Origin: the human T2T-CHM13v2.0 reference genome, Homo sapiens
DNA length: 64,000 nt
Strand: one strand, 5' to 3'
Assembly (NCBI RefSeq): GCF_009914755.1
Contig: NC_060940.1
The notes under the pieces are model-generated. The model made no database searches. It was not told the origin of the DNA and saw nothing but the letters and a program-made list of their open reading frames with translations. Of this stretch, positions 46,846 through 60,429 are shown piece after piece; positions within the stretch are counted from its first letter, which is position 1; every line of letters starts with the position of its first letter. Both the position numbers and the translations under genes were made by a program.

Positions 46846-48701
46846 CAACCCCCAAGAAAATGCACCAGGCCTCCTAGTTCCCATCTCAGAAGTTAATGTG
46901 AGATCACAGTCTACAAGAATTTTTTAAGATTTCACAATTTGTAGGAATTCACCATTGTGTCCTCCCAAGTGTAATTCTCCATGATGAATATCAATCCAAC
47001 CCACAAATGAGAAATAGATCAACAATTCATCACTGGGAGCAAAAAGAATCTGGAGAAACTGGGCCATCTCCAAACCATCTTTAGAAGGAAATTGAGTCTT
47101 AGGCATCATTTACTATCTCCAATTTCCAAGGGGAAATTTTGTTATGTTTTATTTTCAAATTCCCTTAGAAATATTTGATTAAAATTAAGAGTGGGTTGCT
47201 TTGGATCTATTCCTGTTACAATCCAGTAACTATTGCAATTACACCTATCTTACTGAACACCTTCATCCAGCAAACAGTCAGCAAGCACTAACTGAACGCC
47301 TACCACTTGCTCAGTAGAGTCTTTAAAGGGGTAAAAAAAATTGGTGTTAATATGACATTTTATAGCTGGGCAATCCAGGTGGTTAAATAACCTCTCATAA
47401 CTGAAAATTGCAACACAGAGAGGGCAATTGACTTAATCAAGGTCACTTTTCATGCCTGGGCTTAAATATCCTGAATGCCAATCAAAGAATCTTCTCATGG
47501 AATTACACTGGTGTAGTCCTTGCTTTTAGATGATTTATAATCTATTTGCAAGCCAGAGATTAATTAGAACATAAACAAGGAGAAAGGAGAATAGGGAGAA
47601 GAGATTGAATGTTTGAGCATCTATTATGTGCCAGACAATTTTCTGTGTTTTAATTCTCTTCACTATCTAAGAAACGAATGCTGCTATTCCCATAATATAG
47701 TTGATAAATTTGAGTCTCACAGAGTTTCTATGACTTACCCAAGTTTCCATCAATGGAAAGTGGCAGAACCCAGGAATATCAGGCTCAAATTCTTTACATG
47801 ATATAACTCCGAATCATTATAAAGCAATCATTTAAGGAAGTGATGTCAGCAAGAAAACACTTAACAGCCCAAACAAATCAGTTACATTTCCTTGTTTTCC
47901 GCAAGGAAAACAGGATTTCAAAGCCACTTTGGGATTTCCAGTGTAGAATAGGAATTTGCATGTTCCCAGGGAAGAGAAAGGCAAACTGGGAAGATAGGAC
48001 GTGAGAGGGGAGCATTCACTATTAGTGACATAGAACTTCTAATCAAGCATTTAATACTTCTGTTTGCCACTCGGTAAAAGGCTTTTCATTTCAATTCACC
48101 TTTTAGGTGTTCTATGTCAGGCAATTACTCTACCAGAAAGTTTTCAGGCTAAGAAATTAAATGGGTGGTTCTTAAAGCAACATTCTCTTGAAAGCATAGT
48201 TGCAGTGAAGTAGTAACAAACCCGACTAACAAATCAGGTTTTTTTCTTCCCTTGGTACCCAGGGCTTCTTCATTATGGTGAGTGTGCGTTCCTAGTATTT
48301 AGGAAAGAAAACCAGAACCTCATACCTATGATCAAGAAAGAACAATCGCCTTGTGATCGAGAAATGAGAAGATGCTACCTAACTATATCATATTAGATTT
48401 GTAGAAGATTAAACCCCCTTTTTGCTGGGTTATTTGCTTAGTTTATGGCATTTGTATAGCTGGTAGATAGGTTACTTGAAGCTCCAGTGGGACCAAAGGA
48501 CGGAGATTGGGCCCTGGAAGTGCTTAGCAGGAACCTTTGGGGCAGTAGATGGAGTACTCAGCATTAATTGTCTTGGATTGTCTTTGTGGTTGGTCAGATC
48601 CACCAGCCTAACCAACCACAAGACAGCACAGCCTCTGGTCATGCAAAGAATCTTCGCATGGTGCTGTTTATGAAGCCTCCGTAACAGTCATTTTATAACA
48701 T

Positions 48702-49680
<979 letters not shown>

Positions 49681-50089
49681 AACCTCTTCTGATGGGGGCC
49701 TGAGGAATCTCTGTTATTTTCAGCCTCACTTCTTTGTGCTTTTGGATAAGGCACCCTTTTTGGACAACTGGCCACTGTACAGAGATGGCAGTTAAGAGCA
49801 TCCATCTTTTGTTCTGGCTTGGCGGGAATAATACAATGTGCATTGAATGAAAACTTCATTTGGATGGGCTCACCGTGCTTACTGTTCTCCCCTCCAAATT
49901 TTTTTCACTCTGCAGACTCTGAAAGGTTCGTTTTCAAAGTAAGGATGGTGAGTGCTTCAGGAAGTCTCTAGAAGATTGTTATTCAACTGATCCTATATAA
50001 TAGATTAAAAATAACATTGTGCTGTTTTCCCAGGGTGCTGTGACAAATTACCCCATGCTGAGTGGCTTGAAACAACAGAAGTTTATTAT

Positions 50090-50144
50090 TATGTAGTATG
50101 TATTAAATACATATATAAATACAAATTTATATATATTTTATATA

Positions 50145-50176
<32 letters not shown>
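50090..50176. repeat. (TA)-rich plus (GT)n microsatellite at inner junction
   Basis: direct reading. Confidence 0.9.
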
Positions 50177-50179
<3 letters not shown>

Positions 50180-50369
50180 ATTAGAGCAGAGAACAACAAT
50201 CTTGGAAGGGTTCTTGTGATTGCTGGGAGGTAGATGCCTTCCAAAAGCCAACATTCTATAACTCTAAACTAGTTATTATATCCTTCTGTGAGGAAATGAA
50301 AACGTGATTTTTGTTCTATTGCCTTAAAATATTGTGAAATACTATAGTTAAGATTTAAATTTCATCTAC

Positions 50370-50712
50370 AGCCTGGTGCAGTGCTCACGCCAATAATCCC
50401 AGCACTTTGGGATGCCAAGGCTAGAGGATAGCTTGAGGCCAGGAGTTTGAGACCCGCCTGGTCAATATAGGGAGGCCCTGTCTCTACAAAAAATAAAAAT
50501 AACTGGGCATGGTTATTTATGTCTACAGCACATGTCTGTAGTTCCAGCTGCTCAGAAGCTGAGGTGGGAGAATCACTTGAGCCCAGGAGTTCAAGGCTGC
50601 AGTGAGCTAGGATCATGCCACTATACTCCAGCCTGGGTAACAATGAGACCACCATCTCTAAAAAATCAAATCAAATAATAAAATTTATTTTATTTTAAAA
50701 TAAATAAATAAA
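50370..50712 (+). mobile_element. AluJ-type SINE in the spacer
   Basis: diverged dimer; TSD aaat(t/c)tcatc. Confidence 0.85.
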
Positions 50713-50871
50713 TCTCATCCACTCTGGCTTGGCACCACATAGACAAAAACAATAGATTAACCTTTTGAAATGTTTAACTGAGGAAAGCACTGCGAGCTTA
50801 GATTTTTAAAATGCTGTCTTAGATGTTTTATTTTTCTTTCCAAAGCTAAAGTAGCAGGTGAACATTATGTC

Positions 50872-51346
50872 TGTACTGGGTTGAATAGTGTCCCACCCTA
50901 CATTCATGTTCACCTAGAAACACAAAATGTGACCTTCTATGGGAATAGGGTCTTTGCAGAGGCTATTTGTCAAGTTAAGGGGATGTCATACTGGATTAGC
51001 GTAGTCCCTAATCCAATGACTGGTGTCCTTATAGCAAGAGGGAAATTTGGGCACAGCCACACAGAGGAGAAAGTCATTTGAAGACACATAGAACACCATT
51101 TGATGAGGGAGGGGGTGGAGACTGAAATGATGTGTTTACTGCCAAGGAAGGCCAAGCATTGCTGGCCCCCTCAAAAGCTGGAAGAAGCAAGGAAGGAAGT
51201 GGCTCTGGAGCCCTAGAGGGAGCACGACCCTGCCAACATCTTGATTTCAGACTTCTGGCATCCAGAACTGCGAGATAATAAACTTCTGTTGTTTCAAGCC
51301 ACTCAGCATGGGGTAATTTGTCACAGCAACCTAGGAAACTAGCACA
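50872..51346 (+). mobile_element. MLT1B/C-like MaLR solo LTR
   Basis: tgtactgggttgaatagtgtccc...gtcacagcaacctaggaaactagcaca; TSD atgtc/atgtt. Confidence 0.85.
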
Positions 51347-51915
51347 ATGTTATTTTTAATCTATTTTGTAGGATCAGTTGAATAATAATCTTCTGGAGAC
51401 TTCCTGAAGCACTCACCATCCTTACTTTGAAAACGAACCTTTCAGAGTCTGCAGAGTGAAAAAAATTTGGAGGGGAGAACAGTAAGCACGGTGAGCCCAT
51501 CCAAATGAAGTTTTCATTCAATGCACATTGTATTATTCCCGCCAAGCCAGAACAAAAGATGGATGCTCTTAACTGCCATCTCTGTACAGTGGCCAGTTGT
51601 CCAAAAAGGGTGCCTTATCCAAAAGCACAAAGAAGTGAGGCTGAAAATAACAGAGAGATTCCTCAGGCCCTCATCAGAAGAGGTTTGTGTTAATTTTCCA
51701 TGGCTGTCATAACAAACTACCACAGATTTGTGCCTTAAAACAATATCTATTTATTATATCACAATTCTGTAGATGAGTAATCTGGAGGGCTCAGCTGGTT
51801 TCTCTGCTTAGAGTTTCCAGTAGCAGAAAGCAAGGGGTCAGCAGGGCTGTATTTTCTTCTGAGTGCTCTAGGGGCAGAGTCTGTTTCCCCAGGTTTATTC
51901 AATTGTTGGCAGAAT
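51275..51915 (-). repeat. right arm of ~640 bp inverted duplication
   Basis: reverse complement of 49451-50089; mirrored ORFs 49590..49859(-) and 51505..51693(+) share their N-terminal peptide. Confidence 0.97.
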
Positions 51916-52432
51916 ATATATATACATATATATATAATATATACTATATACAGTATAAATATATATACATAAATATATATTATGTATAATATATATTTAT
52001 ATATATTTATATATTATATTTATATATTATATATTATATATAATATATATTTATGTAAAATATAAATATATTTATCTATATCTATATAGTATAAATAATA
52101 TTTATATACTATAGTATATATTTATCCTATATATAGCATTATATATACTATAGTATATATAGTGTATATTTATACTATATATAGTATTGTATATACTATA
52201 CTATATATAGTATATATATTATGTACAGTATATATAGTATATATAATATATTTATAGTATATATAGTATATATAATATATTTATAGTATATATACTATAT
52301 ACATAGTGTATATGTATACACTATACTGTCTCTATATATGTAGTATAAATATATTTATACTATCTGTCAGAATCTGTTTCCCCAGGTTTATTCAATTGTT
52401 GGCAGAGTATATATATATATATGGTGTGTGTG

Positions 52433-52469
<37 letters not shown>

Positions 52470-52667
52470 TATATATATATATGGTATATATATATGGTAT
52501 ATATATGGTATATATATATATGGTATATATATATATTTATATATAGTAAATATATGTGAATATATTTACACTATATATAGTATAAATATGGTATAAATAT
52601 TTATGAATATAAATATATATATGAATATATATTTATATAGTGTATATGTATAAATTATATATATATA
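51916..52667. repeat. ~750 bp interrupted (TA)n low-complexity tract
   Basis: tatata/tatagta/tatggta units. Confidence 0.95.
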
Positions 52668-53395
52668 GGTTTGATTGGGTCTGTATGGGACAATATGAAT
52701 GGAGAGAATTCCTAATGCCAAAGGATTAATTAATGACAGAAATTTTTTTATGCCAAAAGGATATATTTAACATTTGATTAATAGTCTAAAATTTAATTCA
52801 CAATTTTTATTGTGGAAAATCAAGCACACCTCTACAAATTACATATGCCCACATGCTTAATTTGTGTGAACTTTGCTATTTTCCACTCTCACATTAAGAC
52901 TCAAGTTTCAAATATTTGGATGACTGGAAACAACATTTTCACCAGCCCTGGCTATTCAATATTTTGTATTTGCCTGGGTGTTTCATGACAGATGAATAGA
53001 CTAACATATTTTCATCAATTTTTGTTTTTCACTTAAAATGCTGTGCATTAGTATACTTTGTTAAATGCTTCAAATTACTCTTTAGTAACAATGCCAGGTG
53101 GTATTAAAAACCTAAATGGGCACCCTCTTCATCCCCGTTTTGCCCTCTTTAAAGGTCTGCTGCAGCCTGGAGAAGTACATCGCGCCCTGAAGGAGCAGCT
53201 GATGTCTGTTCAGTGTGCATGATCTTGGATCCTGAGTTGTCTTGTTTCACCCACTTCTCCCTTTTCTTCTCCATCCTCCTTGTTTGTCTTGCTCCCTTTT
53301 GGTTCTGACTTTGCCTAATCCCTTCAGGGGGATGCACTAATCAGATCTCTCTGGGCTTCAGAAGCTCTGCTTCATTTTCTTATTAGGGATCTTGT

Positions 53396-53657
53396 GTTTA
53401 TTTTATTTTTTTTATTTTATTTTTTAGACAGAGTCTCCCTCTATTGCCCAGGCTAGAATGCAGTGGCACAATTTCAGTTCACTGCAACCTCCGCCTCCCG
53501 GGTCAAGCAATTCTCCTGCATCAGCCTCCTGTGTGGCTGGGATTACAGGCGTGCACCACCACACCCAGCTAATTTTTGTATTTTTAGTAGAGATGGGGTT
53601 TCGCCATGTTGGCCAGGCTGGTCTCAAACTCCTGATCTCAGCCTTGGCCTCCCAAAG
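53396..53657 (-). mobile_element. AluS, 5'-truncated with small deletion
   Basis: TSD ggatcttgt on both sides. Confidence 0.88.
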
Positions 53658-54894
53658 GATCTTGTTTTTTGAGCCTTCTGTAACAGCTGTGCAGACAGAC
53701 GTCAGGAAACTCCTCCTCATCTCTGAACCTGTGCATCTCTTATTGGGTCTCTCTTCCTCTAGTCTTGCTCTACTCTGATCTCTTCCCCAAATTGCATCCA
53801 AAAGAATCTAAGACGTTAGTCTGATTCTCCAACTCCTGTGGCATTCAACATCTAATTCACTGATATGTCTTATGAGGTTCTTCATGATTGTTCCCTGCTT
53901 ACCCCTGTGGTTTCATCCTTTGTGTCCCTACTCTGTGACCCCATCCCGTACTGCAGGCATAATGGAATAATGGATTACTTACTTGCAGGTCTCCAGTTGT
54001 TCTGTGTTCCTTCTTACTTCTAAGTGTTAGTACATTTTGTTTTCCTTTTCTATCTGGCACATTCCTTTCTTTATTTATTTGTAAATATTTGCTATTTGTC
54101 CACATTGACTTAAATGTCACAGTCTCCAGGTAATATGCTCTGACGTCTGAGGATTTCATTAGGGAAACTTTTCTGTACTACATCACTCTAAACTTTCCCT
54201 AGTTAGTGGATATAACAGAGATCATAAAGATCTGTTAATTTATCATATCTTCCCAAGGTTAATGGTAAGCTTGGATATGCCTATTCGCAGCAAGGCATGG
54301 AGAAACCAAGAAATATTTATCAAATGAATGTTGAAATGTGTAAGTAATTAACATTGGATAAGCATTGAAATTTTTTACGACAGTGGTGTTCTCTTATAGA
54401 CACCCACAGTATGTGAATGGTTGAAGCTTGTGGGCAAATCCAAGGCATGTCTTTTATAACATAAAATAGATGTTTTGAGAAGTGAAATGCTATTGGTAGT
54501 GAGCAAGGATTAGGTCGCTGGTACAAGTTTGACCGCAGGAAAGATAAGTCTGTTCTAATAGGTTCAGTTCAGAGGTCAGAATGTGTGTGTTAATGGACCA
54601 TCCAACCGTGATCACCATAAACACGCAGCCCCTCATTTGCAGGTCTCTCTCCACTTAGGCTGATTAATAGTTATGGTTTCCATGAGCCAGGTACAAATTG
54701 ACAAATTGTGTTCCTACTGATGAGCAGAGTCATTTGAGATGCATTTGAATTAGAATGCTTGCTGGGCTTGTTTAATCCCTGCACAATTAACAAATACTCA
54801 TTTTGCAATCTACGCTGCCAGTGCTCTGTTTGGACCTGACAGAGGGACAGGCAGAGGAGACTTTATCGTGTTTCTCCTCATGACGGAACAGACT

Positions 54895-55050
54895 GGAACA
54901 GTGCAACTCAATCTTTGCGTGGGGTCTCCTGGGGACCTTGTTCAAATGCAGATTCTGAGTCAGTGCTTCTGGATTGGGGCCCAAGGGCCTGCATTTCTAA
55001 TAAGTTGCCAGGTAATTTCAAGAACCCCTTGGAAACTTGCTAAACAGTAA
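54895..55050. mobile_element. MER5A-like hAT MITE
   Basis: cctggggaccttgttcaaatgcagattctga...ctgcatttctaataagtt. Confidence 0.6.
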
Positions 55051-55334
55051 GTTCCTAGAAAATAAGAAATGAGGCTTTTTAGTTTTTGTGTGTTTTTCTT
55101 CTAACATTAGCCTTTCAAAATAGATGTGAGAAGGTAGGCTGGGGGACCCAGATGGGGACTTCAGAGAATGGATCTTTGGCTTGTTGTCTGGGGCAGATTG
55201 ACAGAGTTGAGGGAATTCATAAGCCATTTTCTATTGTTAGTCAAAACAGAACCATTCACAGATTTGTTCCCTTGCCTCTGTTTCTACCTTGGCTTCTGAA
55301 ATTGCAGAATTATTAAGACAATATTAAAGGTTGT

Positions 55335-55897
55335 TGCAACGCTGAATTTTAGATGTCAGCTGGACTGGATAGAGGGATGCCTAGATGGCTGATGAACTGT
55401 TTTTGAGTGTCCTTAAGGGTGTTTTTGGAGGAGATTGGCATATGAGTTGGAGGAGTTGGCTTGTGAGTTGGTGGGCTGGCAGGTGAGGAGTTGGCGTGTG
55501 AGCTGGTGGAAGATCCTCCTTAATGTGGACAGGCATCTACCATTCAACTGGGAAACTGGATGGAAAGAGGGCAAAGAAGGGTGTATTTTCTCTCTCTTTT
55601 TTTAGAATGGGATGCCTTTCTCCTGCCCTTGGATATCAGCACTCCAGGTCGTTGGCCTCCAGTCTCTAGGACTTGCACCAGCAGCTTCCTGGGGGCTCTC
55701 AGACCTTTGGCCTTGAATTGAGAGTTACAGCATCTGCTTTCTTTGTTCCCAGACATTCTGAGTTGAACTGAGCTAGGCCATCGGCTTCTGTGGTTCTCCA
55801 ACTTGTAGAGAGCCTATCGTGGGAGTTATCAGCCTCCATCATCCTACCTGCCTATCTCCTATTGGTTCTGTCTCTCTGGTGGACCCTGATTAATATA
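55335..55897 (+). mobile_element. MLT2-type (ERVL) solo LTR
   Basis: aattttagatgtcagctggactggatagagggatgcc...ctattggttctgtctctctggtggaccctgattaatata; 5 bp TSD gttgt. Confidence 0.82.
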
Positions 55898-56402
55898 GTT
55901 GTACATGCCTTTTTCCTTTCTTACTTATTATCTTCAAATAATAAAAATAACAAGTTCCACTTATATCCAGAGTGATTTCTCTGAACCCCTCTCCAGTATA
56001 AAGGCTGTGGTATTTTTAGTTCTGCCCTTGATAATTCCATGACTTAGCTCTAAAGAACACTTTATTTTTGTGTTCTCCTACAGGATTGTCCTCCAAATGA
56101 GAAACAGAAACAAAAATATCTCAAAAAATGCAAGCATTTTGCCTCCACTGCCTTTTGCTTTTCCAAGTTTGTACTGAAAGAAAAAAACTACCACTACCAC
56201 CAAAAGCAATAAAAGCCTATGCTTCCCTGCCATGCACTTTATTCTAATTTAGAGTCTAGATTGGCTAAAATTGCAATGGTTGAACTTAACCACTTCCTTC
56301 GAGTGGATTCATTGCCAGAGGTTCTTTTCACTTGAACTCAAAGGTTCTTTTCCCTTGAACTTTTGACTCCTATTGTCTTAGTTGGCATAAAAAAATACTG
56401 TG

Positions 56403-56706
56403 GGCTGGACACAGTGGCTCATGCCTGTAATCTTAGCACTTTGGGAGGTTGAGACAGGCAGATGACTTGAGGTCGGGAGTTCGAGACCAGCCTGGCCAAG
56501 TTGGTGAAACCCTGTCTCTACTAAAATTACAAAAATTAGCCAGGCATGGTAATGCATGCCTATAGACCCAGCTGCTTGGGATCCTGAGGCAGAAGAATGG
56601 CTTGAACTGAGACAGAGGTTGCAGTGAGCTGAGATCACACCATTGCCCTCCAGCCTGGGCAACAGAGTGAGACTCCATCTTAAAAAAAAATATATATATA
56701 TATATA
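56403..56706 (+). mobile_element. AluS-type SINE with A/(TA)n tail
   Basis: full dimer. Confidence 0.88.
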
Positions 56707-57427
56707 GTGGAGCTGTATTGTCCACAGGAAAAAATAAATTAAAAAATGAAAACAAATACCGGTTAGCTCTGAATGCTCTCAGGAGGCTGAAAGATACAGT
56801 TTTCCACATGGCCATCAGCAAGCATGGCTAAGATCTCTACCAAGAGGTAGACCTGATGAGGCATGATTAGCTCCAGCATTTTTCTACATGTTTCTGCTGG
56901 TGGTTTCTCAAATCTTTGCTTTTATATACTTAAAAAAATGAGCCCAAATCTTTACTTAACATAAAACATATGATTTGATCAGCTTTAGTGCCTCATCTGT
57001 GTTTGAAAATGAATATACTGTATTTGTGATGCCCTTTACAGCTGGTCAGCAAACATGATCAGACTTTACCTTCTTGTGTAGTTAAGTTTTATTTCAGAAT
57101 AAAGTAGGTCTGTCAGATCTAACAGTCTGATTAGGGAGATATATTCAAAATTCTGACCTTCATAATAAGACCTGTCATTTACTAAATACCTCCTGTGTGG
57201 CAGGGACTGTGCTAAGTACTTTATATTTGTTGTATAATTTAATATTATAGCAACACCAATAACTGGATGAGGTTGTCATATTTATTTCTCACCACCCTCC
57301 AGTCAATCAGTACACAAGCCTTTTAGAAATAAGGTGAAAACAAAAACCAAAGCAACATTCAGAAAAAATAAACACATCACTCAAAGCTACATAACTAGCT
57401 AGCTATGGTTAAAAAAAATCAAATCTA

Positions 57428-57732
<305 letters not shown>

Positions 57733-60429
57733 GTCAAATCTAGGTTTGTTGCTGGTGTGAATGTTTTAACCAGTAGGCTGAACTCTGGACTGCCTCTGCA
57801 TCTACGATATATATTTTTTGAAGATGCATTTCTAAGATATGGCCTTCGTAATGCAGAGTCACTTGAAAAATGTAACATGGAAATAGCACTGAAGTGAGAC
57901 AACCATAGTTCGATTTCTGGTTTTGTCAGAAGAATGAGGTACACTTTGGAGAGTCACTAGTCATTTTATTTCCTGAGACTCCTTTTTAAAATCTGTAATG
58001 GAGAAATGAAGCTAGATTCAAACAATTTATTTACATTACAGTCATGCAGGTAATTTATGGATTATATGGCAGTTATGGACTGGGATTTTGGCTGTATACT
58101 ACTTTCTCTTGCTGAAAGGCATCTTTTATTCACCTTACTCTCATCCCGCCCTTCTTTGCAAGGCAAACAATTTTATCTCTAATCTCATCCCACGTTTTCA
58201 TTCTTCTCTGCTACCACATTTCCTGTTTATGAGTCCATTCTAATTGTTTGTATGCAAGAGGCACAGCATGGCACAGCGTGGAATCATTGCAGTTTGAAAA
58301 TTTTTTTTTGAAAATTGACCACCACATGTGCAATTTCTTGGGTCAACTGCCGAATCTTGCTATACCTTTGGTATGCTGTCAATTTAACAGAGTTGTAACT
58401 TAAGTAAAATGACAGTCTTAGCCCTGTGAAGCTGAACTTAGAATATGTTTTGTCCAAATAAATGATCTGAATTAAATAATTTGAGCTGCTGTTTAACTTA
58501 ATTGTAGGTAGCAGGTTTAGAGGAAACCTGGCTGGTCCGAATTAAACACAAATTCTACTATTGGGCTCTTGGCTGACGCTAATAAACCCTTAGACAACAT
58601 CATTACTCACTTCATGCTATGACACTGCAATAAATAGAGATCTGTTTATAACAAAGCCCACCTGATTTTTCTGCTTTGAAAGCAGAGTGAAAAGTTAATC
58701 GTAGCTCCAAATTCTAACTTGGGCGTCCCTTCTTATTTGGATGCCATCATTGATTTCACCTTTTGTTTAGATTTTGTGAAAATCTGTAGCCTCTGTAATG
58801 GTGATGGCTGAATAGATCAGGCCAAGCTCTGATAGCCAATGAACTTTTCATTAGTGAGCAGATGAATACACAAAACCTTTAGAAAAACTCATAACCCTCC
58901 CTACAGTTTAATGCACACCTGTAATGTTCCAAGAACTGTGCTAAATGCATGGGATATATTTCTCATTTGACAACTCTCAATTGACAAATGCAAAGTTGAA
59001 GCACAAAGCTGGTTTTCCAGTGCCATTTTCCACAAGGTAATAACTATATTTAGTAACAGCAAAGCTGGAATTTAACTTCATGCCTGTATAATTTCAAAGC
59101 TCATGCTCTTTGCCTCTATGTCATGAATGCATGACAGTCCTATGGGTTCAATTTTAATGAAAACAAAACAAAACAAAATCAAACCAAACCATGAGGTGTC
59201 CTTTAGCAAGAGATTCTCTTTTATGAAGAACCCAAGAGTTAAATATTACAAAAACATTAAAAACTGCAAAAATACTGCAGTGTAATTGCTCTTCCTCGTC
59301 TAGGTTTTTCCTTCTATACATGAGTTTTCAATTATATTTAAATTTTAATAAATTCACTTATTTTCTTGTGAGCATCTTGAACTTCTATCACCCATTCTAT
59401 GTTTATTAATGCTCCAAAATTCTTAAAAGTTATCATCACAATTTAATGTAAATGCTTGAGATACAAATGCTGTTATATGCTGGTCTCCATAAATATGTTT
59501 CCTCATATTTTCCATCTTGCCATTGTTTCTTTAAGGCCTAGCATGAAGCTCTGCAGAAGGTAACACTTGCTCATTGCTCACTGTGCTGTTCTGACCCACT
59601 TGCTTTATTCTAGTCCTTCAATGCTTTCTGACTTTTTCTCAAAGTCTCTTGATCTTGTTATTAGTTCTCACATTTCTTGTTTATTCTCACCCTTGGACTT
59701 GACACTGTTTCCTTGGATATTGACTTTCTTCCCTCTAAACCATAATTTGTATTCACTCTCAATGACATTTTCTCATACTGTCTTGGAAAAATAATCTTGG
59801 TAGCACATTAGTGGATAACATTCCTAACCAAGCTTTTGTTTTGGCCCCTCAAAGAAAAGACAGTCAACATTCATTCTGAATTTCTTTTAAAGCTTTAAAA
59901 AGGTATCTTCTTGTTATAATAGCCTATATTTTAAAAACCATTAAACTTGGAAGTCAATTGGAATGTCACATGATAGAGCTTTCTACCAATATCTTGACTT
60001 CCCTTCTTAATGTATCTTTTTAATGATTATTATTTATATACCTGACTATTCCAGGGGGTTACTGCTTTCTGAAGCAGCCAGTCCATTTTGTATTCCACTC
60101 TTTTGGAATGCTTTTTCTTATATTAAACAAAATTATATTTCACTGGTCTAAATTCTAAGCCATGCAACCACATAGAACAAGTCAATTTCCTCTTACACAA
60201 GACAACATTTTAACGTTTGTCAATAACTTTCACTATTCTAAATATTTTCATTTATTTTTATCATTCCTCATAGGAGCTGGTTTGGAAGCCTTTATGTCTT
60301 TGTCTCTTGTCTTGTGGGGTGGAAGGACTCTACTCTTTAAATATTTATTTTAAATGAACTACCTTGAATTTCAACGTGATCTGCTCAGAATAGAGTGAAC
60401 CTATGTGATAGTTAATTTTTCTCTCCCTG

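Noticed and set aside
52306-52596. Tyr/Ile-rich 96 aa ORF
   Set aside because: Translation of the (TA)n tract.
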